This document shows positions 25,833 to 35,450 of a stretch of 46,975 bases of DNA, in pieces. This stretch comes from Miltoncostaeaceae bacterium. GTDB taxonomy: Bacteria > Actinomycetota > Thermoleophilia > Miltoncostaeales > Miltoncostaeaceae. The position numbers and the translations under genes are program-made. The notes beneath the pieces were generated by a model. That model ran no database searches and was not told the origin of the DNA. It was given only the letters and a program-made list of their open reading frames with translations. Positions within the stretch are counted from its first letter, which is position 1. Each line of letters starts with the position of its first letter. The DNA lies in NCBI GenBank assembly GCA_046708705.1, contig JBKKDD010000090.1:1-46975 (forward strand), written 5' to 3'.

Positions 25833-27166
25833 CCACCGTCCGGACGATGGATCCGTCGCGCATACACCAGCTGTTCGATCTTCGGACGGGCCCCGAACAG
25901 TCCACTCTCCCCAATCCCGCCGACCACGAAATGCGGATCTTGGACGAGCGGGTCGGTGTTGATCACGACACGAGCCGCGCGAAGCCGTCCCGCGATCGGC
26001 TCACCCGGACCGAAGATGCTCGCCCCGAGCCCATGGGCATCGGCGTTCGCCAGCGCGACCGCGTCATCCGGATCAGCCGCCAGCATCAGCCCGCGCAGCG
26101 GCGCAAAGCTCTCGTGGCTCCACAGCATCGTTGCGCTCGCGCCGCGCGGCAACAGGACGATCGTCGGCGTGAAGAACGGTCCGTCCTCACCGCGTCCGAC
26201 GAGGATCTCGCCACCCAACGCCAGCGCTTCGGCCAAGGCGGTGCGTGCATGACCGGTGCCGGGCCCCTCGCCGATCGGGGCCACGTCGGTGTCCTCATGC
26301 GCCGGATCGCCGACCCGCAAACGTCTCACCGCTGCCACCAGACGCGGACGGAAATCCGGCCAGACACGCGACTCGACGATGATGCGCTTGGCCGACATGC
26401 ACAGCTGGCCCGCGTTGGTGAACGCCGCCACCGCGATCGCTTGGGCGGCCTGCTCGAGGTCTGCTCCGGCCAGCACGATCGCTGGGTCGTTGCCCGATGC
26501 CTCCGGGATGTAGGGTCGAAGCGGCGTCCCGTCGGCATACGCTGCGGCGAGCCTGCCCAGCTGACGTTTGCAGGTTGCCGTCGACCCGTGGGCCACGACG
26601 ACACCCACCAACGGATGGGTGATGAGCTCTTCCGCGTCGCGACCGGGCATCGCGGCGACGATCTCGACGGCATGCACAGGCCATGGCTGCGCGATCGCAC
26701 GCAGCACCCGGCTGGTGGTCTCATACACCCGACCCGACGGACGGCATACCACCGCGTTCCCGGCGACCAATGCCGATGCCGCCACGAGCGTCGGCACCCA
26801 GATCGGCGAGTTCGCCGAATGCCATGCGAACGCGACACCGTACGGGTGCCACTCGAGCGTCGTCGTCCCCTCGAGCGACGGCACTGCGCGCGGCCGAAGC
26901 GCCTCCGCGAACTGCGGAAGCGCATCGAGCAACGAAAGCGCCGACCCGAGCTCGCGCCGCGCGAACCGGATCGTCTGGCCGCTTTCACGCACAGCCGTCT
27001 CTACGATCACCGAACCCTCGTCCGCGAGCAGATCGCGCGCGCGGGCTGCGCGCTCGAGGCGCTCATCGAGGGTCAACGCGGCGACCGCCGGGAACACCCC
27101 CGCGGCACGTTCCACCACATCCACGAGTCCGGGGGCAGTCACGGCGGGCGAGTCTACTAGCAACAT
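25829..27166 (-). CDS. Aldehyde dehydrogenase superfamily protein (divergent)
   Basis: PEASGNDPAIV (ELGG-equivalent) and NAGQLCMSAKRIIV (catalytic Cys). 445 aa. Convergent with the previous ALDH, sharing CTAG at the stops. Confidence 0.7.
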   Translation of the reverse strand: MLLVDSPAVTAPGLVDVVERAAGVFPAVAALTLDERLERAARARDLLADEGSVIVETAVRESGQTIRFARRELGSALSLLDALPQFAEALRPRAVPSLEGTTTLEWHPYGVAFAWHSANSPIWVPTLVAASALVAGNAVVCRPSGRVYETTSRVLRAIAQPWPVHAVEIVAAMPGRDAEELITHPLVGVVVAHGSTATCKRQLGRLAAAYADGTPLRPYIPEASGNDPAIVLAGADLEQAAQAIAVAAFTNAGQLCMSAKRIIVESRVWPDFRPRLVAAVRRLRVGDPAHEDTDVAPIGEGPGTGHARTALAEALALGGEILVGRGEDGPFFTPTIVLLPRGASATMLWSHESFAPLRGLMLAADPDDAVALANADAHGLGASIFGPGEPIAGRLRAARVVINTDPLVQDPHFVVGGIGESGLFGARPKIEQLVYARRIHRPDGG

Positions 27167-27182
27167 CCTCGCCGGACTGCTC

Positions 27183-27938
27183 GTGCGCGCCGATCACGCA
27201 GCGCTCACGCGGTCGTTCGGTGCGCTCGTGGGCCTCCAACCAGTCGCGTGGACTCCTGACGGCCTCGTCTGCCATCCACGCATCGCCGGACTGGACATGG
27301 CGGCGGCCCGCAGGATGTGTCCGTTTCCGACCGAGCCGGTGCACCACCCGTTCACGTGGCCGGACAGTCCCTCCGCCTTCGTCGCCGGCTGGTACCGGCG
27401 AAGCGATCGCCACGCACCCGCACCAGCCGGCGTCCGCGAGCTCGTTCAGGTCGCGGGCGAGGGCTTCGGACCGGCCGACCACCCGACGACGGCGTTGTGT
27501 CTGGCTGCACTGGACCGACTGTCGTCGGTGGCGGCGGTGGACGTCGGCTGCGGCTCCGGGCTCTTGACCCAGGCCTGGGCGCGGCGGTGGGGCGCGGCGG
27601 TGCTGGCGATCGACCTGGATCCCGCAGCAGCGGCCCAGACACGTACGTCGCTTCTGGTCGCCGGATGCGCAGACCTCGTCGAGGTCCGCCATCAGCCCAT
27701 CCAGGCCCTTTGCGGGGACGATCTGCGTGACAGGGTCGTGTTCGCGAACATCTCCGCGCCGGTCCATCGGCTTCTCCTGCAACGCATCGTCGATCCGCCG
27801 TCGGTTGTCGTCGTGTCAGGAATCCGCCCGAACGAGGCGCCCACGCTCGTCGCCGCATATACCGCCCTGGGCCTACGCCGCATCCAAGCGTCGCGACACC
27901 GGCGTTACGAATGTCACGTGCTCGTACGACGCCCGTGA
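27183..27938 (+). CDS. SAM-dependent methyltransferase, PrmA (ribosomal protein L11 methyltransferase)-like
   Basis: FGPADHPTTALCLAALD...VDVGCGSGLL...AIDLDPAA motifs. Start is uncertain (GTG 27183 or ATG 27297). The upstream part of ORF 26568.. is antisense to the ALDH gene. Confidence 0.6.
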   Translation: MRADHAALTRSFGALVGLQPVAWTPDGLVCHPRIAGLDMAAARRMCPFPTEPVHHPFTWPDSPSAFVAGWYRRSDRHAPAPAGVRELVQVAGEGFGPADHPTTALCLAALDRLSSVAAVDVGCGSGLLTQAWARRWGAAVLAIDLDPAAAAQTRTSLLVAGCADLVEVRHQPIQALCGDDLRDRVVFANISAPVHRLLLQRIVDPPSVVVVSGIRPNEAPTLVAAYTALGLRRIQASRHRRYECHVLVRRP

Positions 27939-29122
27939 GCCGTATCTGGCGTACATGGCTGGCCTTGATTCTCTTCGCGGTCGGCACGAGCCTGATCACG
28001 CCGCTCATACCGATCTACAAGGAGCGCATCGGGTTCGGCGACACGGTGGTCACGTTGTTTTTGGTCTGTTACGTGGTCGCCCTCGTCCCATCGATGCTCA
28101 CCTTGGGGCAGTTATCGGACCGCGTCGGCCGCAAACGGGTGCTGATTGGCGCGCTGATGGTGCTCGCCGCCGCCCAGGGATATCTCGTCTCCGAGCCGGG
28201 CTTGGGCGGCCTGCTCATCGCCCGAGCCCTCCAGGGCCTTGCGACCGGAGCGTTCTTCGGGACCTGCACGGCGTTCCTCGTCGACGCGGCGCCGGTCGGC
28301 GAGCGCGCGTGGGTATCGGCGCTTTCATCGATCTCGGTTCGTGGCGGACTGGGTCTCGGACCCGGACTGGGCGGGGTGTTCGCCGAGTACTTTCCCGCCC
28401 CGCTCCGCACCCCGTTTCTGGTGCACCTGGTCGCGATCGGTGTGGCGATCGCAATCATCGTCTCGTTGCCGGAAACGGTCGCGGTGCGCTCACGACGACC
28501 ACTGGCGCTCAAGTTGGGTGTCCCGCCCGAAGACCGTGCCGTCTTCTGGCGGGTTCTCGTGCCGTCCGGCGCGATCTTCAGCCTTTTCGACGGGGTGTGC
28601 CTGTCGCTCATTCCCGTGTTCGAGGTTCGTGAGCTCGGCGTGACCAACTATGTGCTGATCGGCGCCTCCGGATTTCTCGTGCTGGTGTCGGGCGCGCTCA
28701 GCCAGATCGCGTTTCGTGCCCTCCCGCCGACACCGGCGATCATCTGGGGCCTTGCGATCGCCTCATGCGCGTTCGTCGGGGTAATCGTCGGGGCGCCGCT
28801 CGGCTCCGCGGCGCTCCTCTTGGTATCGGTGTCGGTGACCGGGGCGGCGTGTGGTCTGGTGTTCAAGGGCGGCGTCGATCTGTGCACGCGGATCGCGCCG
28901 GCGGCGGATCGCGGGAAGCTGATCTCGTCGTACTACGTCGCGTGCTACCTGGGAGGATTCTCCGTGCCGCTGCTGGTGATCGGGGTGCTCGCCGATCTCA
29001 TCGGGCTCACCGCCGCGTTGGCCGTCTTGGCCGTCACCGCGGCCCTCGCCGCGGCGTGGACCGCCATCGTGGGCACACGTGCGATCGCGCTCCTTCGTCC
29101 GGTGAGCAACGGCGGGCATTAG
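27911..29122 (+). CDS. MFS transporter
   Basis: 403 aa, ~12 TM profile, GQLSDRVGRKRVL loop motif. Alternative start GTG 27935 overlaps the previous stop. Confidence 0.8.
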   Translation: MSRARTTPVSRIWRTWLALILFAVGTSLITPLIPIYKERIGFGDTVVTLFLVCYVVALVPSMLTLGQLSDRVGRKRVLIGALMVLAAAQGYLVSEPGLGGLLIARALQGLATGAFFGTCTAFLVDAAPVGERAWVSALSSISVRGGLGLGPGLGGVFAEYFPAPLRTPFLVHLVAIGVAIAIIVSLPETVAVRSRRPLALKLGVPPEDRAVFWRVLVPSGAIFSLFDGVCLSLIPVFEVRELGVTNYVLIGASGFLVLVSGALSQIAFRALPPTPAIIWGLAIASCAFVGVIVGAPLGSAALLLVSVSVTGAACGLVFKGGVDLCTRIAPAADRGKLISSYYVACYLGGFSVPLLVIGVLADLIGLTAALAVLAVTAALAAAWTAIVGTRAIALLRPVSNGGH

Positions 29123-29132
29123 ACTGGAGGAC

Positions 29133-29891
29133 GTGGCGACGACGGATCCGGCCCCGGCTCACCAGCGTGTCGCGACGGCACTCCTCGGCGCACAGCACAT
29201 TGTGGTTTTGACCGGACTTCGATTGGGTGGCCCTGAAGAGGCCGACCTGACACATGAACGCGGCGAGTGGGCTCGGCGAGCCAGCCTCGAGATCCTTTTG
29301 ACCGACCCGGCGGCGTTCTGGCGGTTCGCCCATCCGGCGGCGATGGAGATCGCCCGGCGGGTTCCCCAACCCGGACACGCCGCGCTTGCACGTTTGCAGT
29401 CGGCGGGTTTCGTGTCGGCCCTCGTCACGCAGGCGGTGGATCACCTCCACACGATCGCCGGCAGTGGCGGCGTCGTCGAGGTGCACGGCAATTTCCTGAC
29501 CGCCCGCTGCGGGCGCTGTGGGGAGCGCTACGGCCTCGGCGAGGTAGGGGCGATGATCGACGGATCCGAGGACGGGGTTCCCCGCTGCACGACACCGGGG
29601 TGTGCATTTCCGCTGCGTCCCGCCGGCACGCTGTGGGGTGAGCCGCTCATCGAGGACGCGGTGCGATCGGCCTGGGAGCACGCCACTCACGCCGATTGCT
29701 TCCTGGTCATCGACTGCGAGCTTCGTACCGTGCCGATGAGCCTGTTGCCCTCGGTACCCCTGACGCGCGGGGTGCCGCTCGTCATGATCGGCGAAACCGG
29801 TACGCAGTACGACCGCTACGCCAGTGTTGTGTTGCGCGAGCCGAGCGAGCCGATCCTGGTCGCCCTCGCGGACCTGATCGCACCCGAGTGA
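29133..29891 (+). CDS. Sir2-family (sirtuin/CobB-like) protein with degenerate NAD-binding motifs
   Basis: VTQAVDHLH...VVEVHGN...CGRCGE...CTTPGC...LRPAGTLWGEP follows the sirtuin layout (catalytic His, Zn-ribbon Cys pairs). GAGxS, FR, QN and GTS motifs are replaced. Confidence 0.65.
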   Translation: MATTDPAPAHQRVATALLGAQHIVVLTGLRLGGPEEADLTHERGEWARRASLEILLTDPAAFWRFAHPAAMEIARRVPQPGHAALARLQSAGFVSALVTQAVDHLHTIAGSGGVVEVHGNFLTARCGRCGERYGLGEVGAMIDGSEDGVPRCTTPGCAFPLRPAGTLWGEPLIEDAVRSAWEHATHADCFLVIDCELRTVPMSLLPSVPLTRGVPLVMIGETGTQYDRYASVVLREPSEPILVALADLIAPE

Positions 29892-29893
29892 CG

Positions 29894-30661
29894 GTGGTAG
29901 ACCTGCGTCTGGACGGCCAGGCCGCGATCGTCACCGGCGCCTCATCGGGGTTGGGGGTGATGATCGCACGGGGCCTTGCGTCCCAAGGCTGCGCCGTCGT
30001 GCTTGCGGCTCGGCGCACCGATCGCCTCGACACGCTGGCCCGTGAGATTCGCGCCGACGGCGGCCACGCCGCCGTGCACGCATGCGACGTGCGCGATGAG
30101 CGTCACGCGCAGGAGCTCGTCGACACGTGCGTCGCGGCGTTCGGTCGGGTGACCGGCGTCGTCGCGAACGCCGGGATCGCCGGCGCTGGACCCGCCGAGC
30201 ACGAGGATCCGGCGCGCTTCGCCGAGGTGCTCACGGTCAATGTCGCGGCAGTGGCGAACCTGGCAGGAGCATGCGCACGCAGCATGATCGACCACCACCA
30301 TGGCGGGTGGATGATCTTTCAGTCCTCCATTCTCGGTCGGCGCGCCGGGACGGGTCCTGGCGTTGCGGCCTACACCGCCTCGAAAGGGGCGGTCGAGCAG
30401 TTGACCCGTGAGCTCGCCCGCCAATGGGCGATGCACGGGGTACGGGTCAACGCGATCGCCCCCGGCTACTTCCCCACCGACATGAACGCGGCGATGACCG
30501 CGGCGCCAGGTCGCCGAGATGCTCTGATCGAACGCATCCCGCTAGGTCGGGCGGGCGAGCCGGACGACCTGACCGGGGTCGTCGCCTTCCTCGCCTCACG
30601 CGCATCACGGTATGTGACCGGCCAGATCCTGGGGGTCGACGGCGGGATGAGCGCCTGGTAG
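29894..30661 (+). CDS. Short-chain dehydrogenase/reductase (SDR)
   Basis: GTG 29894. AIVTGASSGLG, NAGI, YTASKGA motifs. Confidence 0.85.
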   Translation: MVDLRLDGQAAIVTGASSGLGVMIARGLASQGCAVVLAARRTDRLDTLAREIRADGGHAAVHACDVRDERHAQELVDTCVAAFGRVTGVVANAGIAGAGPAEHEDPARFAEVLTVNVAAVANLAGACARSMIDHHHGGWMIFQSSILGRRAGTGPGVAAYTASKGAVEQLTRELARQWAMHGVRVNAIAPGYFPTDMNAAMTAAPGRRDALIERIPLGRAGEPDDLTGVVAFLASRASRYVTGQILGVDGGMSAW

Positions 30662-30665
30662 CGCG

Positions 30666-31115
30666 TTACTTGGCAGTGGCCGCGTTTCGGCGCGTCGCGG
30701 CTTTTCGTTTGGGCGGGTTGGGGTCGACGATGAACTTCTGCGAGTAGTAGATATCGCCTTCGTGCCCAAGCTTCATCCGGCGAAGCACCGCCTTGACGCG
30801 CGTGCCGACCGCGACCTCGTCCGGTGCGACGCCGACGACCGGCGCGGGCATCAGTACGCCTTCGTCCATGGTGATGTGGCCGACCACGTATGGCTCCTGC
30901 CCCAGAAAGTCGCGCGGCGGGTAGTACACCACGGTGTAGTTGGACAGCTCCCCCGTGCCCGCCAGTCGCTCCTCGTTCAGCTCACGGCCCCGGCAGACAC
31001 CGCAGGTGTACTTCTCCCACCACGGGTGGAGGGTGTTGCAGCTCGCACAGCGCATGGCATACAGCGTGAGCTTGGGCGGGCCCAGACGGCTGAACTCGAT
31101 CGCCGAGACGGTCAC
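30666..31115 (-). CDS. DUF35 OB-fold/Zn-ribbon protein (thiolase-associated)
   Basis: GTG 31115. CASCNTLHPWWEKYTCGVC Zn-ribbon followed by an OB-fold (YTVVYYPP...VVGHITMDEG). Lies 4 nt after the thiolase gene. Confidence 0.75.
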   Translation of the reverse strand: MTVSAIEFSRLGPPKLTLYAMRCASCNTLHPWWEKYTCGVCRGRELNEERLAGTGELSNYTVVYYPPRDFLGQEPYVVGHITMDEGVLMPAPVVGVAPDEVAVGTRVKAVLRRMKLGHEGDIYYSQKFIVDPNPPKRKAATRRNAATAK

Positions 31116-31119
31116 GGGG

Positions 31120-32289
31120 CTAGCCCTCCAAGCGTTGGTAGATGTGAATGGCGGCAACCGCCCCCGGCCCACCGCGACACGCGCTGATGCCGTTTGTGAC
31201 GTTGGCGCGCTGGATGTCCTTCGGAGCCGTACCACGCAACTGCTCGATGACATCCACGGCCTGGCTCGTACCGGTCGCCCCGAGTGGGTGGCCCTTGCAG
31301 AGCAGTCCGCCGGAGAGGTTGACCCCGACCTTGCCGTCGATCCAGGTCGAGCCGTCCTTCGCGCCCTTCCAGCCGTCGCCCTGTTTGGCGAAGCCCAGCG
31401 ACTCGATGCCGAGCGGCTCCTGAATGGCAAAGCTGTTGTAAATCTCGGCGACGTCCATGTCTTTCGGTGTCAGACCCGCCATCGCGTAGGCCTTCTGCGC
31501 GGGCGCGTGCAGCAGGTCATATGCATCGTCGAGGGTGTCGGATGCCGCGTACCAGGTCCCCGAGCCCATCGACGTGGCGGTGATGTAGACCTGCTCCTTG
31601 TCGGGCTGGTCGCGTAGGATCTCCTCGCGACACAAAACCAGCGCCGAGCCGGCGTCGGTCATGGGGCACACCTCGTACAGCTTCAGCGGATCGGCGACCT
31701 TGGCCGAGCGCATGACCTGGTCGACCGTGCACTCGAAGCGCAGGTGCGCGTAGGGGTTTCGGGCCCCGTAGTGGTGATTTTTGACCGACACGTTCGCCAG
31801 GTCCTCCTCGGTGCATCCGTATACCTGCATGTACTTGCGCATCGTCAGCGCGACACCGGACGGGAACGTCAACCCGGAGAAGTACTCCTCCTTGGAGTCG
31901 GCGGCCTGGGCGATGATGGACGTGCCCTCGACCGTCGCCAAGTCGTTCATCTTCTCCGCGCCCATGACCAGGACCGTGTCGTAGAGGCCCGAGAGGATCG
32001 CGACGACGCCCAGATGAAGCGCCCATGCGCCGGTGCCGCAGGCCGCCTCGACCCGCACTGCCGGCGCAGGTGTCAGCCCCAGGTGGTCAGCCCCCATCAG
32101 CGCGACCGAGTTCTCGAACGCAAACCCGGTGCAGCCGGCATTGCCGAGGTAGTAGGCCTCGATGTCGGTCGGGGCGACCCCTGCGTCGTCCATCGCGAGC
32201 CGTCCGGCATCGACGATGAGGTCCCGCAGGGATTTGTCGTGCTGGATCTTGTGGGGTGTCTTTCCGATTCCGAGGATGCCTACGCGCAT
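31120..32289 (-). CDS. Thiolase (SCP-x/archaeal-type acetyl-CoA C-acyltransferase-like), nucleophile Cys present
   Basis: VRVEAACGTGAWAL (Cys), GHPLGATGTSQ, 389 aa. Confidence 0.8.
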   Translation of the reverse strand: MRVGILGIGKTPHKIQHDKSLRDLIVDAGRLAMDDAGVAPTDIEAYYLGNAGCTGFAFENSVALMGADHLGLTPAPAVRVEAACGTGAWALHLGVVAILSGLYDTVLVMGAEKMNDLATVEGTSIIAQAADSKEEYFSGLTFPSGVALTMRKYMQVYGCTEEDLANVSVKNHHYGARNPYAHLRFECTVDQVMRSAKVADPLKLYEVCPMTDAGSALVLCREEILRDQPDKEQVYITATSMGSGTWYAASDTLDDAYDLLHAPAQKAYAMAGLTPKDMDVAEIYNSFAIQEPLGIESLGFAKQGDGWKGAKDGSTWIDGKVGVNLSGGLLCKGHPLGATGTSQAVDVIEQLRGTAPKDIQRANVTNGISACRGGPGAVAAIHIYQRLEG

Positions 32290-32301
32290 TGCCGTGCCTT
32301 C

Positions 32302-33288
32302 CTAGTGCGGTTCTTGCTGGCGCCCGCGGGTCCAGCGATAGTAGGTGCCCAACGCGATCGGCTCACCCTCGATCTGCCCGGCCGTCGCTGTTTTGGGCGG
32401 CGCGGAGGTGATCTGGATCTCCTGCGCGATGCCCTCCCCGCCACCGTAGCCGAACGCCGCGATCGCCTGCCCCTTGCGGACCGTGTCCAACCCGAGCGCA
32501 AGCGCCACTCCGACCGATGCGCATCCGACGTTGCCGATCTGCGCGACGAAGCTGGTCGCGGCGAGCTGCGCCTCGGTGACCCCCGCCCGCCCCAGCGCCC
32601 GCAGGGTCTGTGGATGCGGTTGGCTTGCACATACGGCGGCGTACTTGGCGGTGGGTCGCTCCGTCAGCTGCTCCAGCTTGCCGAAGGCGCCGCGGGCGGC
32701 CTGGGCATAGGCGTCGAACAGCACCTCGAGCCGGTAGCGCGCCTCAGGCTCAGTGCCGAGCCGCCACACGTCATAGACTTCGCGACCGTCACGAACGACC
32801 TGCCCGAGGGTCGCGAATCCGCCGGAAGCCCCGACGAGAAATGCCGCCGCGCCACCTGCAGAGAGCATGTCGCAGACCTTGTCATCGTAGCTGACCACGT
32901 GGTCGGCGCACACCACGAGCACCTGTCCGCGCCCACTGTCGGCGAGCGCGCCCGCCAGCTCCAGTGCATCCAGGAGGCTGCCAGGGTGCCCGGCGATGTC
33001 ATAGCAGCCGGCGTCGGCGTCAAGCTCGAGCGTCCGCGCAAGCGTCTGGGACATCTTGCGAAATCCGAACGGGGTGGAGTGGGTCAGGGTGACGACCGCA
33101 CCTGGCGTGGCGTCGCCGAGTGTCCGCGCCGCCGCCTCCCACGCCATCGTCAACGCGTCCTCGTCCAGACCAGGCGTGGCGAGGCTCTTCGCGCGTGGGC
33201 GACCGGGGCGGCCCTCGAACGCCTGGATCTCCCCGAGCGGCGCGCGGTACGTCGGCAGGTACGCCCCGTATCGGATAAGTTCAGCCAC
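32302..33288 (-). CDS. HMG-CoA synthase / KAS III-like thiolase-fold protein
   Basis: MAELIRYGAYLPTYRAPLGEI N-terminus and overall layout resemble archaeal-type HMGCS. Gene order HMGCS-like, thiolase, DUF35. GTG start 2 nt after the upstream gene. Confidence 0.6.
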   Translation of the reverse strand: MAELIRYGAYLPTYRAPLGEIQAFEGRPGRPRAKSLATPGLDEDALTMAWEAAARTLGDATPGAVVTLTHSTPFGFRKMSQTLARTLELDADAGCYDIAGHPGSLLDALELAGALADSGRGQVLVVCADHVVSYDDKVCDMLSAGGAAAFLVGASGGFATLGQVVRDGREVYDVWRLGTEPEARYRLEVLFDAYAQAARGAFGKLEQLTERPTAKYAAVCASQPHPQTLRALGRAGVTEAQLAATSFVAQIGNVGCASVGVALALGLDTVRKGQAIAAFGYGGGEGIAQEIQITSAPPKTATAGQIEGEPIALGTYYRWTRGRQQEPH

Positions 33289-33290
33289 GA

Positions 33291-34949
33291 CTAGCGGCTG
33301 ATCTTGATGCCGGCGGCATCACGATCGAACGTGTCGGCGGTGATGCCCTCGTCGCGCAACTTGTTCTTCTGCACCCGCTCGGTGGGCGTTTTCGGCAACT
33401 CCGCGACGAAGCGGATGTAGCGGGGAACCATGAAGTACGGCATCTCCTTGGCCAGCCAGTGCGTAAGCTCCACTGGGTCGGGCGCTTCGCCCTCGGGGAT
33501 GCAGACGATCATGATCTCGTCCTCGGAGCTTGCGCCCTCGTCGGCCTTCACTCCGATCGCCGCGGCCTCTTTGATGTTCGGGTGGTTGCCGACCTGGCGT
33601 TCGACCTCCATCGAGGAGACGTTCTCGCCGCGACGGCGGATGTAGTCCTTGACGCGGTCCATGAAATAGAAGTACCCGTCCTCGTCCATGCGACCGAGAT
33701 CGCCGGTGTGGAGCTTCAAATTGCGAAAGTCCTCTGCGGTCTTCTCGGCCATGCCGTAGTAGGCGCGCATGACGATGTTGGGGATCCTCATGTCCACGAC
33801 GATCTCGCCGGGCGTGTTCGGCGGCAGCGGTCGGTCGGTGCCGGGCTCGACAATCATCACCTCATAGCCCGGGTTTGCCTTGCCCATCGAGCCGGGCACC
33901 GCCGGTCGCGTCGGATCCATGTACGTGGCCATGCCGGTCTCGGTCAGGCCGTAGCCCTCGATGAATTTGACGCCGAACCGCTCCTCGAACTGCGTATAGA
34001 TGTCCTTGGGCGCCGGTGCAGCGAACACCGTGTGAACCTTGTTGGTCCTGTCGAGCTCGGTCTCCGGGGTGTTCCAGATGAAGTAGCTGACGGCGCCGAT
34101 CGAGTTGAAGATCGTGGCCTCGGCGTCAACGACCTGCTGCCAGAACTGGCTCGACGAGAACCGCTCCACATAGGCGACGCGGGCGCCGGCGATGAGGGCC
34201 GGGTATCCGGTCAGCACCTGCGCGTTCGAGTGAAACAGCGGCAGGCACGAGAAGAACGTCTCGTCCTTCATCTCCTCGAGCGATTTCCCCTGCAAGGTGC
34301 GAAGCCCCTCGAGGAGCCCCCGCCCGGAGAAGTAATCGGCGGCGTGCTGCTTGATGACACCCTTGGACAGACCCGTCGTCCCGGACGTGAACATGATGCG
34401 CGCGTCGTCGGTCCAGCTGTATTCGATGCCCTCGGGCTCGGCGTCGGAGGCCTCCATGAGCGCGGACAACGGCTCATTCGAAAGCTTGGGCGCCGGCTCC
34501 GTCGGCGCCCCGGTCGCCATGACGATGACGTGCTCGAGGGTGCCCAGCCGCGGCGCGATCGTGTTGAGACGATCGAGCCAGGTGTCGGCGATGATCAGCT
34601 TCTTCGAATCCACGAGGTTGATGGTGTGGGCGAGGAAGTCGCCCTTGTAGGCGGTGTTGATCGAGCTCATCACCGCCCCGGCCTTGAGTATTCCGAACCA
34701 CACCGGCAGGAACTCGATACAGTTGGGGAGCATCACCGATACCGACTCGCCGGGCTGCACGCCGCGGGAGATCAGGGCGTTGGCGACGCGGTTGGCGTCG
34801 GCGTTGACCTGTCCGTAGCTGATCCAGTCACCGGCCGCGAACTTCAGAAAGTCACGGTCGGGGTGCTCCGCGGCGCGGCGCTTCAATATCTCGGGAAGGA
34901 CCCACGTCGTGGTGTCCTCGTGCATGTACCAATCGCTCCAGTCGCCCAT
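33291..34949 (-). CDS. Acyl-CoA synthetase (AMP-forming, ANL superfamily)
   Basis: MFTSGTTGLSKG AMP-binding motif, GYGLTE, TGDLG, 552 aa. Confidence 0.9.
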   Translation of the reverse strand: MGDWSDWYMHEDTTTWVLPEILKRRAAEHPDRDFLKFAAGDWISYGQVNADANRVANALISRGVQPGESVSVMLPNCIEFLPVWFGILKAGAVMSSINTAYKGDFLAHTINLVDSKKLIIADTWLDRLNTIAPRLGTLEHVIVMATGAPTEPAPKLSNEPLSALMEASDAEPEGIEYSWTDDARIMFTSGTTGLSKGVIKQHAADYFSGRGLLEGLRTLQGKSLEEMKDETFFSCLPLFHSNAQVLTGYPALIAGARVAYVERFSSSQFWQQVVDAEATIFNSIGAVSYFIWNTPETELDRTNKVHTVFAAPAPKDIYTQFEERFGVKFIEGYGLTETGMATYMDPTRPAVPGSMGKANPGYEVMIVEPGTDRPLPPNTPGEIVVDMRIPNIVMRAYYGMAEKTAEDFRNLKLHTGDLGRMDEDGYFYFMDRVKDYIRRRGENVSSMEVERQVGNHPNIKEAAAIGVKADEGASSEDEIMIVCIPEGEAPDPVELTHWLAKEMPYFMVPRYIRFVAELPKTPTERVQKNKLRDEGITADTFDRDAAGIKISR

Positions 34950-34994
34950 CTGCGTCTCGTTCTCCTCGTGTCGTTCGGTCGGTGGCTCGGTCGG

Positions 34995-35438
34995 TCAGTC
35001 GACCGGCGTGAACTTGGGCAGGGTGATCTCGTCGGTGGCGTCGTGGAAGACGACGCGCACGCGCATCCCGATCGAGACCGCATCGGGATCGAGTGAGGGG
35101 TATCCGTCCTCGTCGCGCACCAAGTTCGTCATCATCCGTACGCCCTCGTCCAGGTCGACGAGCGCCACGATGTGCGGCGGGTCCCCTTTGTAGGCCTTGC
35201 TCGGACCGATGAAGTGCGTCGAGTAGGTGTAGACCGTCCCCGTGCCGCTCGCCTCGATCCACTGTGTCGGCTCGAGCGTCCCAGGAACGTTCGCCCGCGG
35301 ATACCAAAACGGGGTTCCGTCGGCGGCTGCCGGGAGAAGGAGCTTGTGCTCTCTCGTGCCGGCCCAGAACGGATCGCCCTCCGGCCGCATGTCCGGCAGG
35401 GGCTTGGTGTAGGCCGGCTTCTCGGCTGTCTCTGACAT
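34995..35438 (-). CDS. DUF35 OB-fold protein lacking the Zn-ribbon cysteines
   Basis: DPFWAGTREHKLLL...GTVYTYSTHF...IVALVDLDEGVRMM follows the DUF35 layout. No Cys residue anywhere in the 147 aa. Confidence 0.7.
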   Translation of the reverse strand: MSETAEKPAYTKPLPDMRPEGDPFWAGTREHKLLLPAAADGTPFWYPRANVPGTLEPTQWIEASGTGTVYTYSTHFIGPSKAYKGDPPHIVALVDLDEGVRMMTNLVRDEDGYPSLDPDAVSIGMRVRVVFHDATDEITLPKFTPVD

Positions 35439-35450
35439 ATCGTCTTCCCC

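Noticed and set aside
25829-27166. One of the two ALDH genes was considered as a CofA-like lactaldehyde dehydrogenase supplying 2-phospholactate for F420.
   Set aside because: This rests purely on superfamily membership. The genes are 13 kb or more from the cof operons, and nothing in the sequence is specific to lactaldehyde dehydrogenases.
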